Below are positions 43,997 to 44,712 of a stretch of DNA of 44,712 bases, one piece after another. A program made the translations under genes and the position numbers. The stretch covers positions 1 to 44,712 of the IMG/VR virus record IMGVR_UViG_3300037483_000229. One strand, written 5' to 3'. The stretch is from a virus. Its lineage: Duplodnaviria; Caudoviricetes. The notes under the pieces were generated by a model. The model was given only the letters and a program-made list of their open reading frames with translations. It was not told the origin of the DNA and made no database searches. The stretch's first letter is position 1; the number at the start of each line of letters is the position of its first letter.

Positions 43997-44290
43997 ATGC
44001 AGCACCCCGTCGCCGACGCGCTCAACGAAATGCTTCGCGGCCAGGAATCCGCCCGGCGCGGCACCGTCACGGTTGAGGCCTTCACCGATCCGAACGATCG
44101 GTACCGCCGCGTCTACCGCCTCACCGGCCACAGCAAGGCTGCGGTGCAGGAAGCCATCACCGCCCGCATGACCGAGGCCGAGGGTGCGCTGTTCGGCGGC
44201 GCCGCGACGTTCGACAGTCCGTTTCTGCGCCGGGACGGAATGTGGTGCTCGACCGGCGAGGTCGTGCTGTTTGCCGAGGCGGCGGAATGA
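43997..44290 (+). CDS. hypothetical protein, first gene of the early arm
   Basis: GGAGGG RBS before ATG 43997. Confidence 0.7.
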   Translation: MQHPVADALNEMLRGQESARRGTVTVEAFTDPNDRYRRVYRLTGHSKAAVQEAITARMTEAEGALFGGAATFDSPFLRRDGMWCSTGEVVLFAEAAE

Positions 44291-44307
44291 CAATCGTTAA
44301 AATTCAC
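44280..44307 (+). other. dif-like junction site
   Basis: cggcggaATGA-caatcg-TTAAaattcac; ATGACAATCG recurs at 356-365. Confidence 0.5.
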
Positions 44308-44324
44308 AACCATAGGGCCGACCC

Positions 44325-44712
44325 ATGACCACAGACAAAATTTTTATCATCGTCAACAATAAGAGAATGTCGCTCGACGCATTCAAGAAAATGCCGCCGG
44401 AAAAAATCATTACCCTGGACGCGAGGGGCTGCACGGCGCTGACCGAGATCAAGGCCGACAACGCGAAGACCCTGGACGCGAGGGGCTGCACGGCGCTGAC
44501 CGAGATCAAGGCCGACAACGCGAAGACCCTGTACGCGAGGGGCTGCACGGCGCTGACCGAGATCAAGGCCGACAACGCTGAATACCTGGACGCGAGGGGC
44601 TGCACGGCGCTGACCGAGATCAAGGCCGACAACGCTGAATACCTGGACGCGAGTGGCTGCACGGCGCTGACCGAGATCAAGGCCGACAACGCGAAGACCC
44701 TGTACGCGAGGG
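44325..44712 (+). CDS. N-terminal part of the 19-aa LRR-like repeat protein (runs off the window; absent from the ORF track)
   Basis: MTTDKIFII..KIIT followed by (L[D/Y]A[R/S]GCTALTEIKADNA[KT/EY])n. Confidence 0.85.
   Translation, partial: MTTDKIFIIVNNKRMSLDAFKKMPPEKIITLDARGCTALTEIKADNAKTLDARGCTALTEIKADNAKTLYARGCTALTEIKADNAEYLDARGCTALTEIKADNAEYLDASGCTALTEIKADNAKTLYAR
44415..44712 (+). repeat. 57-bp tandem repeat (units at 44415, 44472, 44529, 44586, 44643, 44700)
   Basis: Direct reading of the sequence. Confidence 0.97.

Larger units (their letters stand above)
1..44712. mobile_element. Temperate podovirus genome (T7/BPP-1-type virion module with lambdoid-style replication and lysogeny), probably complete and circular
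   Basis: Terminase, portal, capsid, tail tubular A/B, ejection proteins, lysis, integrase/xis and cI/cro are all present. No host genes. Both ends lie in the same tandem repeat. Confidence 0.93.

Noticed and set aside
44297-44689. - strand repetitive ORF from the track
   Set aside because: Antisense of the LRR repeat gene.
44415-44712. CRISPR-like array
   Set aside because: Units are in-frame coding repeats whose variable parts are drawn from a few recurring alleles, not unique spacers; no cas genes.
1-44712. tRNA, rRNA, phage RNA polymerase or DNA polymerase genes
   Set aside because: None recognised, and little unassigned space remains.

Overview
This window looks like an essentially complete (~44.7 kb) temperate podovirus genome. 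The host is probably an alphaproteobacterium (Hyphomicrobiales-like), judging by the GapR/DUF2312 gene, the BTLCP gene and high GC. Both window ends fall inside the same 57-bp tandem-repeat (19-aa LRR-like) gene, so the molecule is probably circular and was broken at the repeat. Layout: (i) + strand early arm (43997-44712 continuing into 1-10900) with YqaJ/RecT, a C5-methyltransferase, Xis, a tyrosine integrase, a probable attP and ~25 small accessory genes; (ii) - strand late arm (37903 down to 10922) with terminase, T7/BPP-1-type portal, scaffold, capsid, tail tubular A/B, three ejection proteins, tail fibre and lysis genes, plus an O-antigen-ligase-like gene and two + strand morons; (iii) a small + strand island at 38100-39210; (iv) - strand replication genes (DUF1376, SF4 helicase, RusA, GapR) and a cro/cI switch. 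The most interesting unannotated signal: nearly every junction between accessory genes carries a degenerate 11-6-11 bp dif-like (XerC/XerD-type) site in the same orientation, suggesting an integron-like, Xer-type gene-cassette array in a phage. Also notable are an 8-copy late-promoter motif (GGTGCGTTGC) that often precedes leaderless starts, three TTGCCG-loop hairpin leaders, and a combinatorially variable LRR array. All calls are by eye, without database searches.
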